Source: Nibricoccus sp. (GTDB taxonomy: Bacteria > Verrucomicrobiota > Verrucomicrobiia > Opitutales > Opitutaceae). Taken from it: a stretch of 64,000 nucleotides of DNA. The stretch lies in assembly GCA_047602425.1 (NCBI GenBank), contig JASGHG010000001.1, forward strand, positions 3,648,001 through 3,712,000, given 5' to 3'. The notes under the pieces were generated by a model. It searched no databases. It was not told the origin of the DNA and worked only from the letters and a program-made list of their open reading frames with translations. A program made the translations under genes and the position numbers. Positions 30,942-41,553 of the stretch are shown in pieces (positions within the stretch are counted from its first letter, which is position 1; each line of letters begins with the position of its first letter).

Positions 30942-32078
30942 ATGCCTGCACACTTCCAGCTTTTGAAAACCGATACCGCCACGGCGGCCCGACGCGGCCG
31001 TTTGCAGACGCGGCATGGCGTGGTGGAAACGCCGATTTTTATGCCGGTCGGCACGCAAGGTACAGTTAAAGCAATCACTCCCGTGCACTTACGTGAGATT
31101 GGTGCGCAGATCATTTTGGGCAATACGTACCATCTCAATCTTCGTCCCGGCAGTGAACTCGTGCGGGAAATGGGCGGATTGCACAAATTCATGGGGTGGG
31201 ATGGCCCCATTCTGACGGATAGCGGTGGCTTTCAGGTTTTTAGTTTGGCCAAGTTGCGCGACATCCGCGACGACGGCGTGGCTTTTCAATCGCACGTCGA
31301 CGGCGCGAAACTTTTCCTCGGGCCACGCGAGGTAATGACGATTCAGGCGAATCTGGGCAGCGACATCGCGATGGTGCTCGACGAATGTCCGCCTTGGCCG
31401 TGTGAACGCGACGCTTGCGCGAAAGCAGTCGCGCGAAGTCAGCGTTGGGCCGAGCAATGCAAAACCATCGCCACCGACAACGGGTTTCTCGCCGCGGGGC
31501 ACCATGTTTTTGCAATCGTGCAAGGTTCGACCTTTGACGATCTGCGGCGCGAAGCCGCCGAGGGATTGGCGTCGCTGGATTTCCCGGGTTACGCGGTTGG
31601 CGGGGTGAGCGTGGGCGAACCCGAACCAGAGATGTTGAAACAAGTAGGCGCGACCACGCCGTTCATGCCGGCGGACAAACCGCGTTACACCATGGGCCTC
31701 GGCACGCCGCCGCAGCTGCTGAAAATGATCGCGCTCGGTGTCGACATGTTTGACTGCGTATTGCCGACGCGGGTCGCTCGCAATGGGCTCGTTTTCACAC
31801 CCGACGGACCGATCAATTTGCGCAACGAAAAATTCCGCGCCGATCCGCGGCCGATTGTGGAAGGTTTGGGCAATTACACGGCAAATTTCTCCCGCGCCTA
31901 TCTGCGACATCTGACGGTTGCGGGCGAAATGTTGAGCGGGACGCTCCTGACGATTCACAATCTCCATTTCTTTCTCGATCTCATGGCGCAGGCTCGCGCG
32001 CACATTGAGGCGGGCGACTATGGCACGTGGCACCAAGCATGGATCGAGCGGTACGAGGCCGGACTGAGGGAGAAATAA
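30942..32078 (+). CDS. tgt: tRNA-guanine transglycosylase
   Basis: FMPVGT, NTYHL, TDSGGFQVFSL, DMFDCVLPTR. Confidence 0.97.
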   Translation: MPAHFQLLKTDTATAARRGRLQTRHGVVETPIFMPVGTQGTVKAITPVHLREIGAQIILGNTYHLNLRPGSELVREMGGLHKFMGWDGPILTDSGGFQVFSLAKLRDIRDDGVAFQSHVDGAKLFLGPREVMTIQANLGSDIAMVLDECPPWPCERDACAKAVARSQRWAEQCKTIATDNGFLAAGHHVFAIVQGSTFDDLRREAAEGLASLDFPGYAVGGVSVGEPEPEMLKQVGATTPFMPADKPRYTMGLGTPPQLLKMIALGVDMFDCVLPTRVARNGLVFTPDGPINLRNEKFRADPRPIVEGLGNYTANFSRAYLRHLTVAGEMLSGTLLTIHNLHFFLDLMAQARAHIEAGDYGTWHQAWIERYEAGLREK

Positions 32079-32113
32079 AAAGCCCGCACGTATAAGTGCG
32101 GGCTAGGAAATTT
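32077..32113. terminator. Probable bidirectional intrinsic terminator
   Basis: AGCCCGCAC-GTATAA-GTGCGGGCT with a flanking A run, between convergent genes. Confidence 0.7.
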
Positions 32114-32130
32114 TGCGCTGTTAACTCGTT

Positions 32131-32778
32131 TTAGAAGCGAACGCGCACGCCGACGGTCAGACCGACTTCGATGTTCGAATCGTTCATGATATCGATGGCT
32201 GCAATCTTTGTGAAAATGCCGATCTGCGATGTGGCCCAGGAATTCACCTCAACCGCGTAGTGCATCGATTGCGTGCTGGGATCGCGGTGACGGAGATCGT
32301 CATGATAGGAAATAGAGGGCGTGATCGAGACGTACTTGTATGGGAATTCGGCACCAATACCAACGCTCCAGTTGATCCAGCTAGTCGAGTGATCCCGCAC
32401 GTCACCAATGGAAAGGCCAAGGCCCGCCTGCAGGAAGGGCTTCACATCGTCTTCAATTTTATTGTAGACGCGCACGCCACCATCGAGATTAGTCAGGGTC
32501 GTGGACCAATCGTCGGGTTTGTAGGACGTATAGCCAACGCCACCGATCAGATCCAGGCCTTTGCAGACCGGTAGATTGCCGCCTACGCCAATGCCGAAGA
32601 TGTCGTCGGAGGAATGGCTGACATTCTGAAGGCTGAGGTAGCCTTCGCCATAGCGGCGGCCGATGGTGCCCTGGCCGTCTTGGTCGCCTTTAGGGAACAG
32701 CGAACTGCCGGATTGTGCAAAAACAGTGGAGGCCGCCAGCAGCGCCACTGTGCCAATTAAGGTTTTGATGGTAGTCAT
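32131..32778 (-). CDS. Outer-membrane beta-barrel protein
   Basis: Signal peptide, alternating amphipathic strands, C-terminal GVRVRF. Confidence 0.8.
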   Translation of the reverse strand: MTTIKTLIGTVALLAASTVFAQSGSSLFPKGDQDGQGTIGRRYGEGYLSLQNVSHSSDDIFGIGVGGNLPVCKGLDLIGGVGYTSYKPDDWSTTLTNLDGGVRVYNKIEDDVKPFLQAGLGLSIGDVRDHSTSWINWSVGIGAEFPYKYVSITPSISYHDDLRHRDPSTQSMHYAVEVNSWATSQIGIFTKIAAIDIMNDSNIEVGLTVGVRVRF

Positions 32779-32985
32779 AGGTTAAATAGAACCGCCGTAA
32801 TCAGGTTTAGGTTGTGCGATTTAGGAGTGTTTAAGGCTAATCATCCTATATTAAGCGCAATTCGAAAATTGGAGGTGGGGACTGGCAAAGTCGTCCGGAT
32901 TGGTTTAAAAATGAGGCTCGGGGATTCCCCCGGTTTTTTTAACTTTTGCTGGCCTGATGACCCGCTTTTTCCATCGTAAGTTCCC

Positions 32986-33912
32986 ATGCGCATCCTTGTA
33001 ACCGGCGGTGCCGGATTTCTCGGTTCAAACCTCTGTGAACGCCTCCTAAATGACGGCCACGAGGTGATATGTATTGATAATTTCTTTACGGGCCGAAAGG
33101 CCAATATCGCGCATTTATTGCCGAATCCGAACTTCGAGCTGGTGCGCCATGACGTGATCGATCCGTTCAAATACGAGGTCGATCAGATCTACAATCTCGC
33201 CTGTCCCGCCTCGCCGCCGCACTACCAATACAACCCAATAAAAACCACCAAAACCTCGGTGATGGGCGCGATCAACTGCCTTGGCCTGGCCAAGCGCGTG
33301 AAGGCCCGGGTTTTTCAGGCGAGCACGTCCGAGGTGTATGGCGACCCTTCGGTGCATCCGCAGCCGGAAAGTTACTGGGGCAATGTCAACCCGATCGGCC
33401 GACGCTCGTGTTACGACGAGGGCAAACGCTGCGCGGAGACACTCTTCTTCGACTACCACCGTGAAAACAAGGTCGATATCCGCGTTGTCCGTATCTTCAA
33501 CACTTACGGCCCGCACATGCATCCGAACGACGGACGCGTGGTATCCAATTTCATCGTACAGGCGCTGAAGGGGCAGGATCTCACCATTTATGGCGATGGC
33601 TCGCAGACACGTTCGTTCTGTTATGTCGACGATCTGATCGAGGGCTTCGTGCGATTCATGGCGCAAAACGAAACAGTAGGGCCTTTGAACCTTGGTAATC
33701 CCGGCGAGTTTACGATGCTGCAACTGGCCGAGCTCACGCTGAAACTGGTCGGCAGCAAGTCGAAGATCGTGCACCAGCCGCTGCCCTCCGATGATCCGAA
33801 GCAACGCCGACCAGACATCACTCTCGCGCAGAACGTGCTGAAATGGGAACCGAAAGTTCCGTTGGAGGAAGGCCTAAAGCGCACGATCGCGTATTTCAAA
33901 ACGCAGATTTGA
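32986..33912 (+). CDS. UDP-glucuronate decarboxylase family NAD-dependent epimerase/dehydratase
   Basis: [29 protein letters not shown]. Confidence 0.93.
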   Translation: MRILVTGGAGFLGSNLCERLLNDGHEVICIDNFFTGRKANIAHLLPNPNFELVRHDVIDPFKYEVDQIYNLACPASPPHYQYNPIKTTKTSVMGAINCLGLAKRVKARVFQASTSEVYGDPSVHPQPESYWGNVNPIGRRSCYDEGKRCAETLFFDYHRENKVDIRVVRIFNTYGPHMHPNDGRVVSNFIVQALKGQDLTIYGDGSQTRSFCYVDDLIEGFVRFMAQNETVGPLNLGNPGEFTMLQLAELTLKLVGSKSKIVHQPLPSDDPKQRRPDITLAQNVLKWEPKVPLEEGLKRTIAYFKTQI

Positions 33913-34573
33913 GATTTGCCGTTGCCTCGATGCCTTTTGCGATTTGGTGAATCTCTGCGAGGACAACGTTGGGAGCTAACCGGGCGATATCGTGCCCTGT
34001 GTTTTCGATTATTTTGAAAACAGCAGTCGAAGTGAGGTTGCAATATTCCCTCAGCAGAGAGTGGCGGCTGCACAATAATCGAGACTGGATGTTTTGAGGC
34101 AGCCTCGTGGAAAGGTCGAACCTGCCGGCAGCAAACACATGCAGTTGTGTTTTGCCGATATATTTTAGTTTGGCTACCTCGCGGCAGGACCGAACCCAGG
34201 CTGGACCGAAGCCTGAGAAAAACAACGTCAAGCATTCCCGTTCTGAACTTGGCGGAGCAGACTCCAGAATGGCGATTGCTTCGTCGCCTTGGCGCGGGTG
34301 TGAGGGGTCGAGAAGCAGAACCGCGGCAAGGGCTCCCGGATACTGACCAGCATGCAGGAGCGCGGTGAAGCCTGCGAAAGAAGGTGCCACATAGACGGCC
34401 CGGCCATGTAGGTTTTCATCGACGAGCAGCTGGTGGAGCTCCGTGGCCGCCGCTTTGGAGTCGCAATGGAAACCTGTTGAACGTTTGAACACCCGGACGG
34501 CGGCGAAGCGTGCAACCGCCTCTTGGAGGTGGGCGCAGCTTTCATCTAAAACTACAGTGGCTGTCAGGGGCAT
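33896..34573 (-). CDS. Alpha/beta hydrolase-fold protein (possibly degenerate)
   Basis: YVAPSFAG nucleophile-elbow-like, LLDPSH, TGHDI. Confidence 0.55.
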   Translation of the reverse strand: MPLTATVVLDESCAHLQEAVARFAAVRVFKRSTGFHCDSKAAATELHQLLVDENLHGRAVYVAPSFAGFTALLHAGQYPGALAAVLLLDPSHPRQGDEAIAILESAPPSSERECLTLFFSGFGPAWVRSCREVAKLKYIGKTQLHVFAAGRFDLSTRLPQNIQSRLLCSRHSLLREYCNLTSTAVFKIIENTGHDIARLAPNVVLAEIHQIAKGIEATANLKSAF

Positions 34574-34679
34574 CGGATCGCGGTGGAAGATTTAGGCGAG
34601 TGATTCGGAAAAGGCGGTCGAAGAGAAACTCCGCCTCTTTTTGGCGGGGTTCGTAGGTTGAATAAGCAGGCTGTTTTTC

Positions 34680-36026
34680 TTAGCAGAGGAATAGCCAGCC
34701 GCTGAGAACGAGAATCGGCAGCAGGATCGGCAGGCTATATTTTATAGTGTAGCCGAAGAAGGTGGGAACTTTCACGCCCTCGGATTCGGCGATGGATTTG
34801 ACCATGAAGTTGGGGCCATTGCCGATATAAGTCATAGCGCCAAAAAACACCGCGCCCATACTGACGGCGATCACGAGCAGGCGGTCGGCGGGATGATCGA
34901 TGAGTGCGCGCACGACTTCGGCTTCCGTGACGGCGTTGGCTGGAAAGTCCGACGGGCGTTCCTTTAGCGCGGTGGCTTCGGCGAGGCGGAGGAAGGTCGC
35001 GTAGGTTGGGGCGTTGTCGAGCACCGAGGAGAGGCTGCCCGATGCAAAGTAATACTGTAGCGGCTTCTTCACGTGAAATTCGTCGCCGTGACGGTCGATG
35101 TAATTGAGGGCGGGCATCATGGTCGCAAAGATACCGACGAAAAGAAAAGCGACCTCCTTGATGGGACCGAAGCTGAAGGCATTTTGGCTGTGGACCGTTT
35201 TTGGGGTCAGAAAATAAGAGGCGGTAGCGGCGCCGAGCATCACGATTTCGCGGAGGAAGAATTTGTCGGGCAGAAACACGGCGCCAATGATGGCGACCAA
35301 GAAAAGGACGTTGATGCCGCCGTCGAAACGCCACGTTTCAGGTTTTTCCAATTCGGCCTGCAGCTTGCGCGGCATCTTTTTAAAGGACCATAGGTCGAAG
35401 GCATAAAAGGCGGCCAGGATCAGACCAACCGTGACCAGCCATTGGCGAATGACGTGTTCGATCAGCCAGAAGAAAGGAACTCCTTTGAGATAACCGAGGA
35501 AAAGCGGAGGATCGCCGATGGGGGTGAGCGCGCCGCCGACGTTGGAAACGATAAAGATGAAAAAGATGATATGATAAGCGGAAATGCGGATCTTGTTCAT
35601 GCGGATCCACGGGCGGACTAGAACCATCGACGCGCCGGTGGTACCGATAACGTTGGCGATTACCGTACCAATCGCTAGAAACAACACGTTGCCAAGCGGG
35701 GAGGCCTCGCCCTTGACGTTGATGTGGATGCCCCCGGCAACGACAAATAACGAACCAATAAGGGAGATGAACGAAATGTAGTCGGTTGCCGTTGTTAGCA
35801 GAGTGGGTTTTCCGCCTTCGAGTCCGAACGCATAATAAAGGGCAACGACTGCGGCGAGGCCGAAGGAAATGAACGGATAGTTGTGCTCCCAGAAGTGTTT
35901 TATCTTCGGTGGCGACAGGGGCATGATCGCGATCAGGAACAGCAGCAGTCCAAACGGAAAGATCAACCAAACCGGAACGTCCGGACTGGATTCCACGGTT
36001 GATGCGATGAGCATGGGCGACGCCAT
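34680..36026 (-). CDS. Putative Na+/H+ antiporter (IT superfamily)
   Basis: GTTGASM, SNVGGALTPIGDPPLFLG, LDNAPTY, TYIGNGPNFMVK. Confidence 0.85.
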   Translation of the reverse strand: MASPMLIASTVESSPDVPVWLIFPFGLLLFLIAIMPLSPPKIKHFWEHNYPFISFGLAAVVALYYAFGLEGGKPTLLTTATDYISFISLIGSLFVVAGGIHINVKGEASPLGNVLFLAIGTVIANVIGTTGASMVLVRPWIRMNKIRISAYHIIFFIFIVSNVGGALTPIGDPPLFLGYLKGVPFFWLIEHVIRQWLVTVGLILAAFYAFDLWSFKKMPRKLQAELEKPETWRFDGGINVLFLVAIIGAVFLPDKFFLREIVMLGAATASYFLTPKTVHSQNAFSFGPIKEVAFLFVGIFATMMPALNYIDRHGDEFHVKKPLQYYFASGSLSSVLDNAPTYATFLRLAEATALKERPSDFPANAVTEAEVVRALIDHPADRLLVIAVSMGAVFFGAMTYIGNGPNFMVKSIAESEGVKVPTFFGYTIKYSLPILLPILVLSGWLFLC

Positions 36027-36131
36027 AAGCGGCAGAGATTGGCGGCGGCCGGTTGGCTCTGCAATTTGATACAGCGACAGCCGTTACAGGCTTGGGAAAA
36101 ATGGACTACGAGGACCGCGAGACGAACAGGA

Positions 36132-36899
36132 CTAACCGATTTCCCGCAAGAGGGCGACCTGGCTGGCTTCGAGATTGAGGGAGTTGCCGTGGTCGTCGAC
36201 AAAGCTGAGCCGTCCTTCCGGATCGACGCCGCGAAAGGTTCCGGCAATTGGTTCGGTGCGGCTGTTGAGGGTGAGTTGCACGCGGCGCGGATCGCCCCAG
36301 CGGATGTTGATGTCTTCCACAATCTCGGCGAAGCGATCTTGTTCGACGAGGCCTTGCATGCGACGGAAGGCGCCGAGAGTGAGGCGGGCAACTTCGTCGA
36401 GGGTTACGGGCCGTCCGGCGAGTTCGGCCACGCCGACGGTGTGACCTGCGAGAGAGGCCTCTAGGGTATCGGGACGGTTGGCGATATTGATGCCAACGCC
36501 GATGACAACGGTTTCAGGTTGGTATTGCTCGACGAGCAGGCCGGCTAGTTTGCGGCGACCGTGCAGGATGTCATTGGGCCACCGGAGGCGCAGCCCTTCG
36601 ATACCGAGGCTACGGAGAGCTTCAATCACGGCCCAACCAGCGCCCAGAGGCAGAATGGACCACTTTTTTCGGGGTCCTGGCGCGGGAAGAACCGCGGAGA
36701 GCCAAAGGCCGCCGGCATCTGAGATCCACGCACGACCGGTGCGTCCGCGTCCGCCGGTTTGCACGTCGGCTCGCACGGCATGCCAGGGCGGGAGGGCACC
36801 GGCGATGGGGTTGGTGGATGGAAGCGTGGCGAATTCATGAAGCTGCCAGCCTTCAATGGCACGACAGCTTCGTTCGCTGAGTGGGCGATCCGCAGGCAT
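36132..36899 (-). CDS. birA: Biotin-protein ligase
   Basis: STN, QTGGRGRTGRAW, RWPND, KLAGLLVE, GVGIN. Confidence 0.9.
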   Translation of the reverse strand: MPADRPLSERSCRAIEGWQLHEFATLPSTNPIAGALPPWHAVRADVQTGGRGRTGRAWISDAGGLWLSAVLPAPGPRKKWSILPLGAGWAVIEALRSLGIEGLRLRWPNDILHGRRKLAGLLVEQYQPETVVIGVGINIANRPDTLEASLAGHTVGVAELAGRPVTLDEVARLTLGAFRRMQGLVEQDRFAEIVEDINIRWGDPRRVQLTLNSRTEPIAGTFRGVDPEGRLSFVDDHGNSLNLEASQVALLREIG

Positions 36900-36937
36900 G
36901 TGCGGAGTGAACTGGGTTTGATTTGAGTAGGTGATAC

Positions 36938-38125
36938 TCAGATGATGCCGAGACCCTTGAGAACCGCCAGCATGATGGCGGCGGCCATGACCGAGCCGAC
37001 CTGACCGCCGGTGTTGGCACCCATGGCGTGCATGAGAAGGAAGTTCTGTTTGTTCCAACGCTGGCCTTCGGTTTGGACGAGACGAGCGGCCATCGGGTAA
37101 GCAGAAATGCCAGCGGCGCCGATCAGCGGATTAACTTTTCCACCGGAAAGCGCGTACCAGATTTTGCCGAGAAGCAATCCGCCTGCCGTATCGATGATGA
37201 TGGCGACAAGACCAAGGCCGAACACGAGCAGTGTTTGCATCTTGAGGAACTGGCCGCCAGCCATGGTGCCGCCGATGGCGAGGCCGAGGAAGAGCGTGGA
37301 GATATTGGCGATTTCGTTTTCGCTGCACTTGCAGAGGCGTTGAACGGCGCCGGTGACCTTCATGAAATTGCCGAGCATCACCATGCCCATGAGCGGAAGA
37401 CCCTTCGGCGCGATGAGGCCCGTGACGAGAGTGACAACGATTGGAAAAGCGATGAGGGCGGTCTGGGAAACTTTGCCTTTTACGCTGGGCATTTTGACCT
37501 GACGTTCTTTCTCGGTGGTCATCATGCGCATGATCGGCGGCTGGATGATCGGCACGAGCGCCATGTAAGAGTAGGCGGCCACGGCGAGCGCTCCGACCAT
37601 GGCGGTGTCGATCTTACCGAGACCGGCAAACATGTTGGAAACGTAAATGACCGTCGGACCGTCACAGGCGCCGATGGCGGCGATGGAGACGGCGGTTTCT
37701 TTGATCTGGGCGGGGTTGATGCCGGGCACAAAAGGCAGGACCAACAAGGCGAGCATGAGCGTGGCAAAAATGCCGAGCTGACCTGCGGCGCCGAAGAGCA
37801 GGAGCTTTGGTTCGGCGAGGAGCGGCTTGAAGTCCGTCATCGAGCCGATGCCGACGAAGATCAGCAGGGGGAACAGTTCGTTGCCGATGCCGAAGTCGTA
37901 CATCGTCTTGAGCACACCGCCTTGGTCCATGACCTCGCTGAGGGGGAGATTGACGAGGAAGCAGCCAAAGGCGATGGGCAACAGGAGGAGGGGCTCCACG
38001 TCCTTCGCGATCGCGAGGTAGAACATCACGCCGGCGATTGCCAGCATGATGAGATTGGACGGTCCAAAGTGGAGCATGCCTTCCGACAGACCGCGCAGCG
38101 CATTGAGAATGGTATCGAAGTTCAT
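36938..38125 (-). CDS. mmdB: Na+-translocating decarboxylase beta subunit
   Basis: EPLLLLPIAFG, DGPT, AAYSYMALVPIIQPP, NPLIGAAGISA, HAMGAN. Confidence 0.93.
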   Translation of the reverse strand: MNFDTILNALRGLSEGMLHFGPSNLIMLAIAGVMFYLAIAKDVEPLLLLPIAFGCFLVNLPLSEVMDQGGVLKTMYDFGIGNELFPLLIFVGIGSMTDFKPLLAEPKLLLFGAAGQLGIFATLMLALLVLPFVPGINPAQIKETAVSIAAIGACDGPTVIYVSNMFAGLGKIDTAMVGALAVAAYSYMALVPIIQPPIMRMMTTEKERQVKMPSVKGKVSQTALIAFPIVVTLVTGLIAPKGLPLMGMVMLGNFMKVTGAVQRLCKCSENEIANISTLFLGLAIGGTMAGGQFLKMQTLLVFGLGLVAIIIDTAGGLLLGKIWYALSGGKVNPLIGAAGISAYPMAARLVQTEGQRWNKQNFLLMHAMGANTGGQVGSVMAAAIMLAVLKGLGII

Positions 38126-38134
38126 CGGGAAGCT

Positions 38135-38278
38135 TTAGTTCTTTTTGTCGGTTTCACCTTCGTTCGCAGGAAAGAAATGCGTGAGGCCGCGCAATACCCA
38201 GGTAAGCGCGTAAAGCGTGATGAGCGTGCCACCCATGCCGACGATGAGCATGGTGATTCCAAATGTGAGGTTTTCCAT
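38135..38278 (-). CDS. Small OadG-related membrane subunit (47 aa)
   Basis: Not in ORF track: MENLTFGITMLIVGMGGTLITLYALTWVLRGLTHFFPANEGETDKKN; G-x-T-x3-VGM TM anchor directly before the beta subunit. Confidence 0.8.
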   Translation of the reverse strand: MENLTFGITMLIVGMGGTLITLYALTWVLRGLTHFFPANEGETDKKN

Positions 38279-38308
38279 AGTGATGTCTCTTGGTTTTGCT
38301 TGGGGCTT

Positions 38309-39304
38309 TTAGATTGAGGGCTCGCCGTCCGTCTTCGGTTCCATGGAGCGATCGTGCCACACCGACAGCACAATGGATACGCCCAGCACGAGGACGATAA
38401 CGAGCAGGGAAACAAAATTATGGCTGCGGAACCACACGTCGACCGAGTGGATCATGCCGGCGACCATCTTCCCGCCGATGAAGAAAAGGATGATGCTGAC
38501 GCCGTGTTTGAGGAATTTGAAAAGTCCCATGATGCCGCGGACTGCGAAGAAGAGTGCGTTGAGGCCGGTCACGGCGAAGACATTGGAAGTGATCGCAACA
38601 AACGGATCGGTGCTGATGCCCATGATCGCGGGGATCGAATCCATCGCGAACACCAAATCGATGCTCCCGATGACAAGGAATGCTAAGAAGAGGGGCGTCA
38701 TGCACAGTTTCCCATCATGGCGGGTGAAAAAGCGACGCTTGGATTGATCTTCCGCGTGGACCGGGAAAACTTTCGAAGCTGCCCAATAGAGAAGATTTTT
38801 CTCGGGGTGAACTTGTTCGTCTTCGTCGGCGGCCAGCATTTTCCAAGCGGTCCAAATCAACACGCCGCCGAGGGGGTAGAGCAGCCATTCGAATTTTTGC
38901 ACCAGCGCCAAACCGAAAACAATGAAAGCGATGCGCAATGCGATCGAAAGGTAGATGCGGATCTTGATAATCTTGGGCTGCGCCGCTTCGTGCACGCCCA
39001 TCAGCGAAAACGTCATGATGAACACGAACAAGTTGTCCACCGACAAGGAATATTCGGTCAGATAACCGGTGACGTATTGCATCGCGACGGGAGCGCCGCC
39101 CGGATGCAGAAAATAAATGGCGATGGCAAAGCTCAACGCCACGCAGATCCAGAGGCCGGTCCAACAGAGAGACTGTTTCACTCCTCCCGCGCTCTTGGTG
39201 TGGGTGACCACGAACAGGTCGATCGCCGAGATGACGATGAACATTGACCAAAAGATGATCCAGAGGAGGGTAAGCGAGTTCACGGTGGTAAAAACTGTAT
39301 CCAA
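38309..39304 (-). CDS. TerC/Alx family membrane protein
   Basis: EYSLSVDNLFVF, DLVFAMDSIPA, TSNVFA. Confidence 0.9.
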   Translation of the reverse strand: MDTVFTTVNSLTLLWIIFWSMFIVISAIDLFVVTHTKSAGGVKQSLCWTGLWICVALSFAIAIYFLHPGGAPVAMQYVTGYLTEYSLSVDNLFVFIMTFSLMGVHEAAQPKIIKIRIYLSIALRIAFIVFGLALVQKFEWLLYPLGGVLIWTAWKMLAADEDEQVHPEKNLLYWAASKVFPVHAEDQSKRRFFTRHDGKLCMTPLFLAFLVIGSIDLVFAMDSIPAIMGISTDPFVAITSNVFAVTGLNALFFAVRGIMGLFKFLKHGVSIILFFIGGKMVAGMIHSVDVWFRSHNFVSLLVIVLVLGVSIVLSVWHDRSMEPKTDGEPSI

Positions 39305-39730
39305 AAAATGGAGGTATTATTTTTGGGTGGCGTTATTGGTTCGAGAAGGTCCTGGGATTCCTGTTTTTTGGACGTCGCGCAATCGCGGGTTTCCCCTGGT
39401 TCAGCGATGCCATTTTTCGAGGAGAGGGGTTCCTGAAAAAGGGAAGGGCCATGATGATCATCGTACTCCTGACCCCCGAAATGGGCTCTGCAGATCTTGC
39501 TGTACTATCCCCATTGTTTGCATTCCAAGTTTTCCAATATGTTGATCTTTATGATGAAAGAAATTTTCACTCTGCATAAGAAAATTTAATTCACCGGGGG
39601 CCCGACGGCCGCGGGTTGATTGCGAAATGGGACGCGGTTGCGCGGCGATTTCACGACGTTGCAATGACTTCGTCGCGGCCTTGCTTTCTGAGAAATTGCC
39701 GCCGGCTCAGGCGTCGCAATTTTCGGGCTT

Positions 39731-40699
39731 TTAGCGGACAGGCCGGGAGTTTTCCCGAACTTTTCGATCGTGCCAAACGGACAGACCGATTGAGATCGCG
39801 AGTACGGAAAGAATCACGAGCAGCGTGACGTAAGGTTTGCCCTGAAACCAGTCCTCCAGCGGCTGATAAATCGCCGCGATCATCTTCGCTCCGATGAAAA
39901 AGAGGATGAAACTGATGCCGTGTTTAAGGAACTTGAACATGCCTACCACGCTACGAATGGCGAGGTAGAGCGAGTTGAGCCCGAGGACCGCGAACAGATT
40001 GGAAGTGAGAACGACGATGGGATCCTGACTGATGCCCATGATGGCTGGAATGGAATCGACCGCGAAAATCACGTCGGTACTCCCAATCACCAGGAGTACG
40101 AGGAAGAGTGGCGTAACGTAGCTTTTCCCCTCCGCCTTGAAAAAAAGTCGTTGGGAACCCTCGGTATGGGCGCGAATCGGGAGGATGCGCGTGGCGAGTT
40201 TATATAATAGATTTTTTTCCGGCTGAACTTGGTCGCCATCACCGTCGGCGATCATCCGCCAAGCTGTCCAAACCAAGAGGACGCCGAACATGTGGACCAA
40301 CCAGTGAAAGCGTTCGATGAGAGCGATGCCGAAAAGGATGAAGATGATGCGCAGTACGATTGAGAAATAGATACCGAGCTTGATCAGCCTTGGCTGCGCG
40401 GCGTCGGACACGCCCATCACGGAAAAGATCAGGATGAAAACAAACAGGTTGTCGACTGACAGCGAGTATTCGGTGAGATAGCCGGTGATGTACTCGGTGC
40501 AGACGGTGCGTCCGTTTGCATGCAGATGGTAAATTGCTAGGGAAAATCCCAACCCAATCGCGATCCACAACGCTGTCCAGCGAAGCGCCGATTTCACGCT
40601 TACGGGGGTCTTCCGCCGTCCAACGATAAGGTAATCGATGACCGAGACCCCAACGAATGTTACCCAAAAGATGAGCCAGAGCAGAGTATTAGCGGACAT
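39731..40699 (-). CDS. TerC/Alx family membrane protein (paralog)
   Basis: EYSLSVDNLFVF, DVIFAVDSIPA, TSNLFA; start reassigned to 40699. Confidence 0.9.
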   Translation of the reverse strand: MSANTLLWLIFWVTFVGVSVIDYLIVGRRKTPVSVKSALRWTALWIAIGLGFSLAIYHLHANGRTVCTEYITGYLTEYSLSVDNLFVFILIFSVMGVSDAAQPRLIKLGIYFSIVLRIIFILFGIALIERFHWLVHMFGVLLVWTAWRMIADGDGDQVQPEKNLLYKLATRILPIRAHTEGSQRLFFKAEGKSYVTPLFLVLLVIGSTDVIFAVDSIPAIMGISQDPIVVLTSNLFAVLGLNSLYLAIRSVVGMFKFLKHGISFILFFIGAKMIAAIYQPLEDWFQGKPYVTLLVILSVLAISIGLSVWHDRKVRENSRPVR

Positions 40700-40721
40700 C
40701 ACTTCATACTCCGGCTTTTGC

Positions 40722-41288
40722 TTAGCGAACCTTGTGAGAACTGAACACTTGGCGACGTCCTTCGACAGACCAGGCTTGGCGGTCTGAAGAAGCATGACCG
40801 ATGGACACAAGGCGGTAGCGGGCGCGCAGGGTGGTATGAATTGCCGCTGAAATGGTTGCGACCGTATGCGGAGGAATGGCTTCTCGTCCGTGGCCATTTA
40901 CCGCGGTGGACATGATCGGCATCGGGGGTGTGGTTTCGAGCGTTTCCACGCGGCGGTGCAAACTGCCGAAATCGCCCTCACGATGTTCGGTCCATTCGGT
41001 TTGCATGTTTTCCAGCCGATGATGGAGCTTGGAAATATCGTTGTTTCGAAGATCGCGGCATTGGGCCTCGAGCGTCTCCACTTTGCGTTGCAGAACCGCC
41101 GTCGCTTTCTCGATGGCGACATGGGCGGAATTTTCCACACTTCCCAGCTTGCGGTGGAGGGTGATCAACTTCCAAGTCACAGCAATAAAGGCGACGACGG
41201 CGACCGCGAGGAATACGGTCTTTAAATCAAGTTCGCTACTGGGCGCTTCGGCCAAAACTTGGGTGGAAAAAATCGACGGGCTTAACAT
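40722..41288 (-). CDS. OadG/MmdD-like protein with coiled-coil insert
   Basis: N-terminal TM; C-terminus ATISAAI...WSVEGRRQVFSSHKVR nearly identical to that of 41970..42344. Confidence 0.7.
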   Translation of the reverse strand: MLSPSIFSTQVLAEAPSSELDLKTVFLAVAVVAFIAVTWKLITLHRKLGSVENSAHVAIEKATAVLQRKVETLEAQCRDLRNNDISKLHHRLENMQTEWTEHREGDFGSLHRRVETLETTPPMPIMSTAVNGHGREAIPPHTVATISAAIHTTLRARYRLVSIGHASSDRQAWSVEGRRQVFSSHKVR

Positions 41289-41505
41289 GGATTGGGGTGG
41301 GGACTGGGGTTGAGCTGGAGGAGAGCTCCGAAAACCTGCATGTAATTGATCGGAAAACAAGTCCGACTTTATAACCGGGCTATCTAGTCGTTTGCCTTAA
41401 CCTCTCGCCGCGGTGATCGTTCGCAGGCAGGGCATTCATTTTCAGGTGAAGTAAAGCGATATTGTCCTTTGTTATGTAACCGTGCGGTTGCCTAAATCAG
41501 GACAC

Positions 41506-41537
41506 AAAAAAACCGTCCGACTGGAAGGCCGGACGGT
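41506..41537 (-). terminator. Intrinsic terminator after biotin-carrier gene
   Basis: ACCGTCCG/CGGACGGT stem followed by a T7 run on the minus strand. Confidence 0.75.
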
Positions 41538-41553
41538 CGCTTTAAAATAAAAA

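Noticed and set aside
39305..39730. yybP-ykoY (Mn2+) riboswitch upstream of terC
   Set aside because: Conserved motifs not recognisable by eye; needs an Infernal scan to exclude.
41290..41505. Na+ or c-di-GMP riboswitch upstream of the OadG-like/terC unit
   Set aside because: A GGCAAAC word and a GTAACCG/CGGTTGC palindrome are present, but no convincing full aptamer fold.
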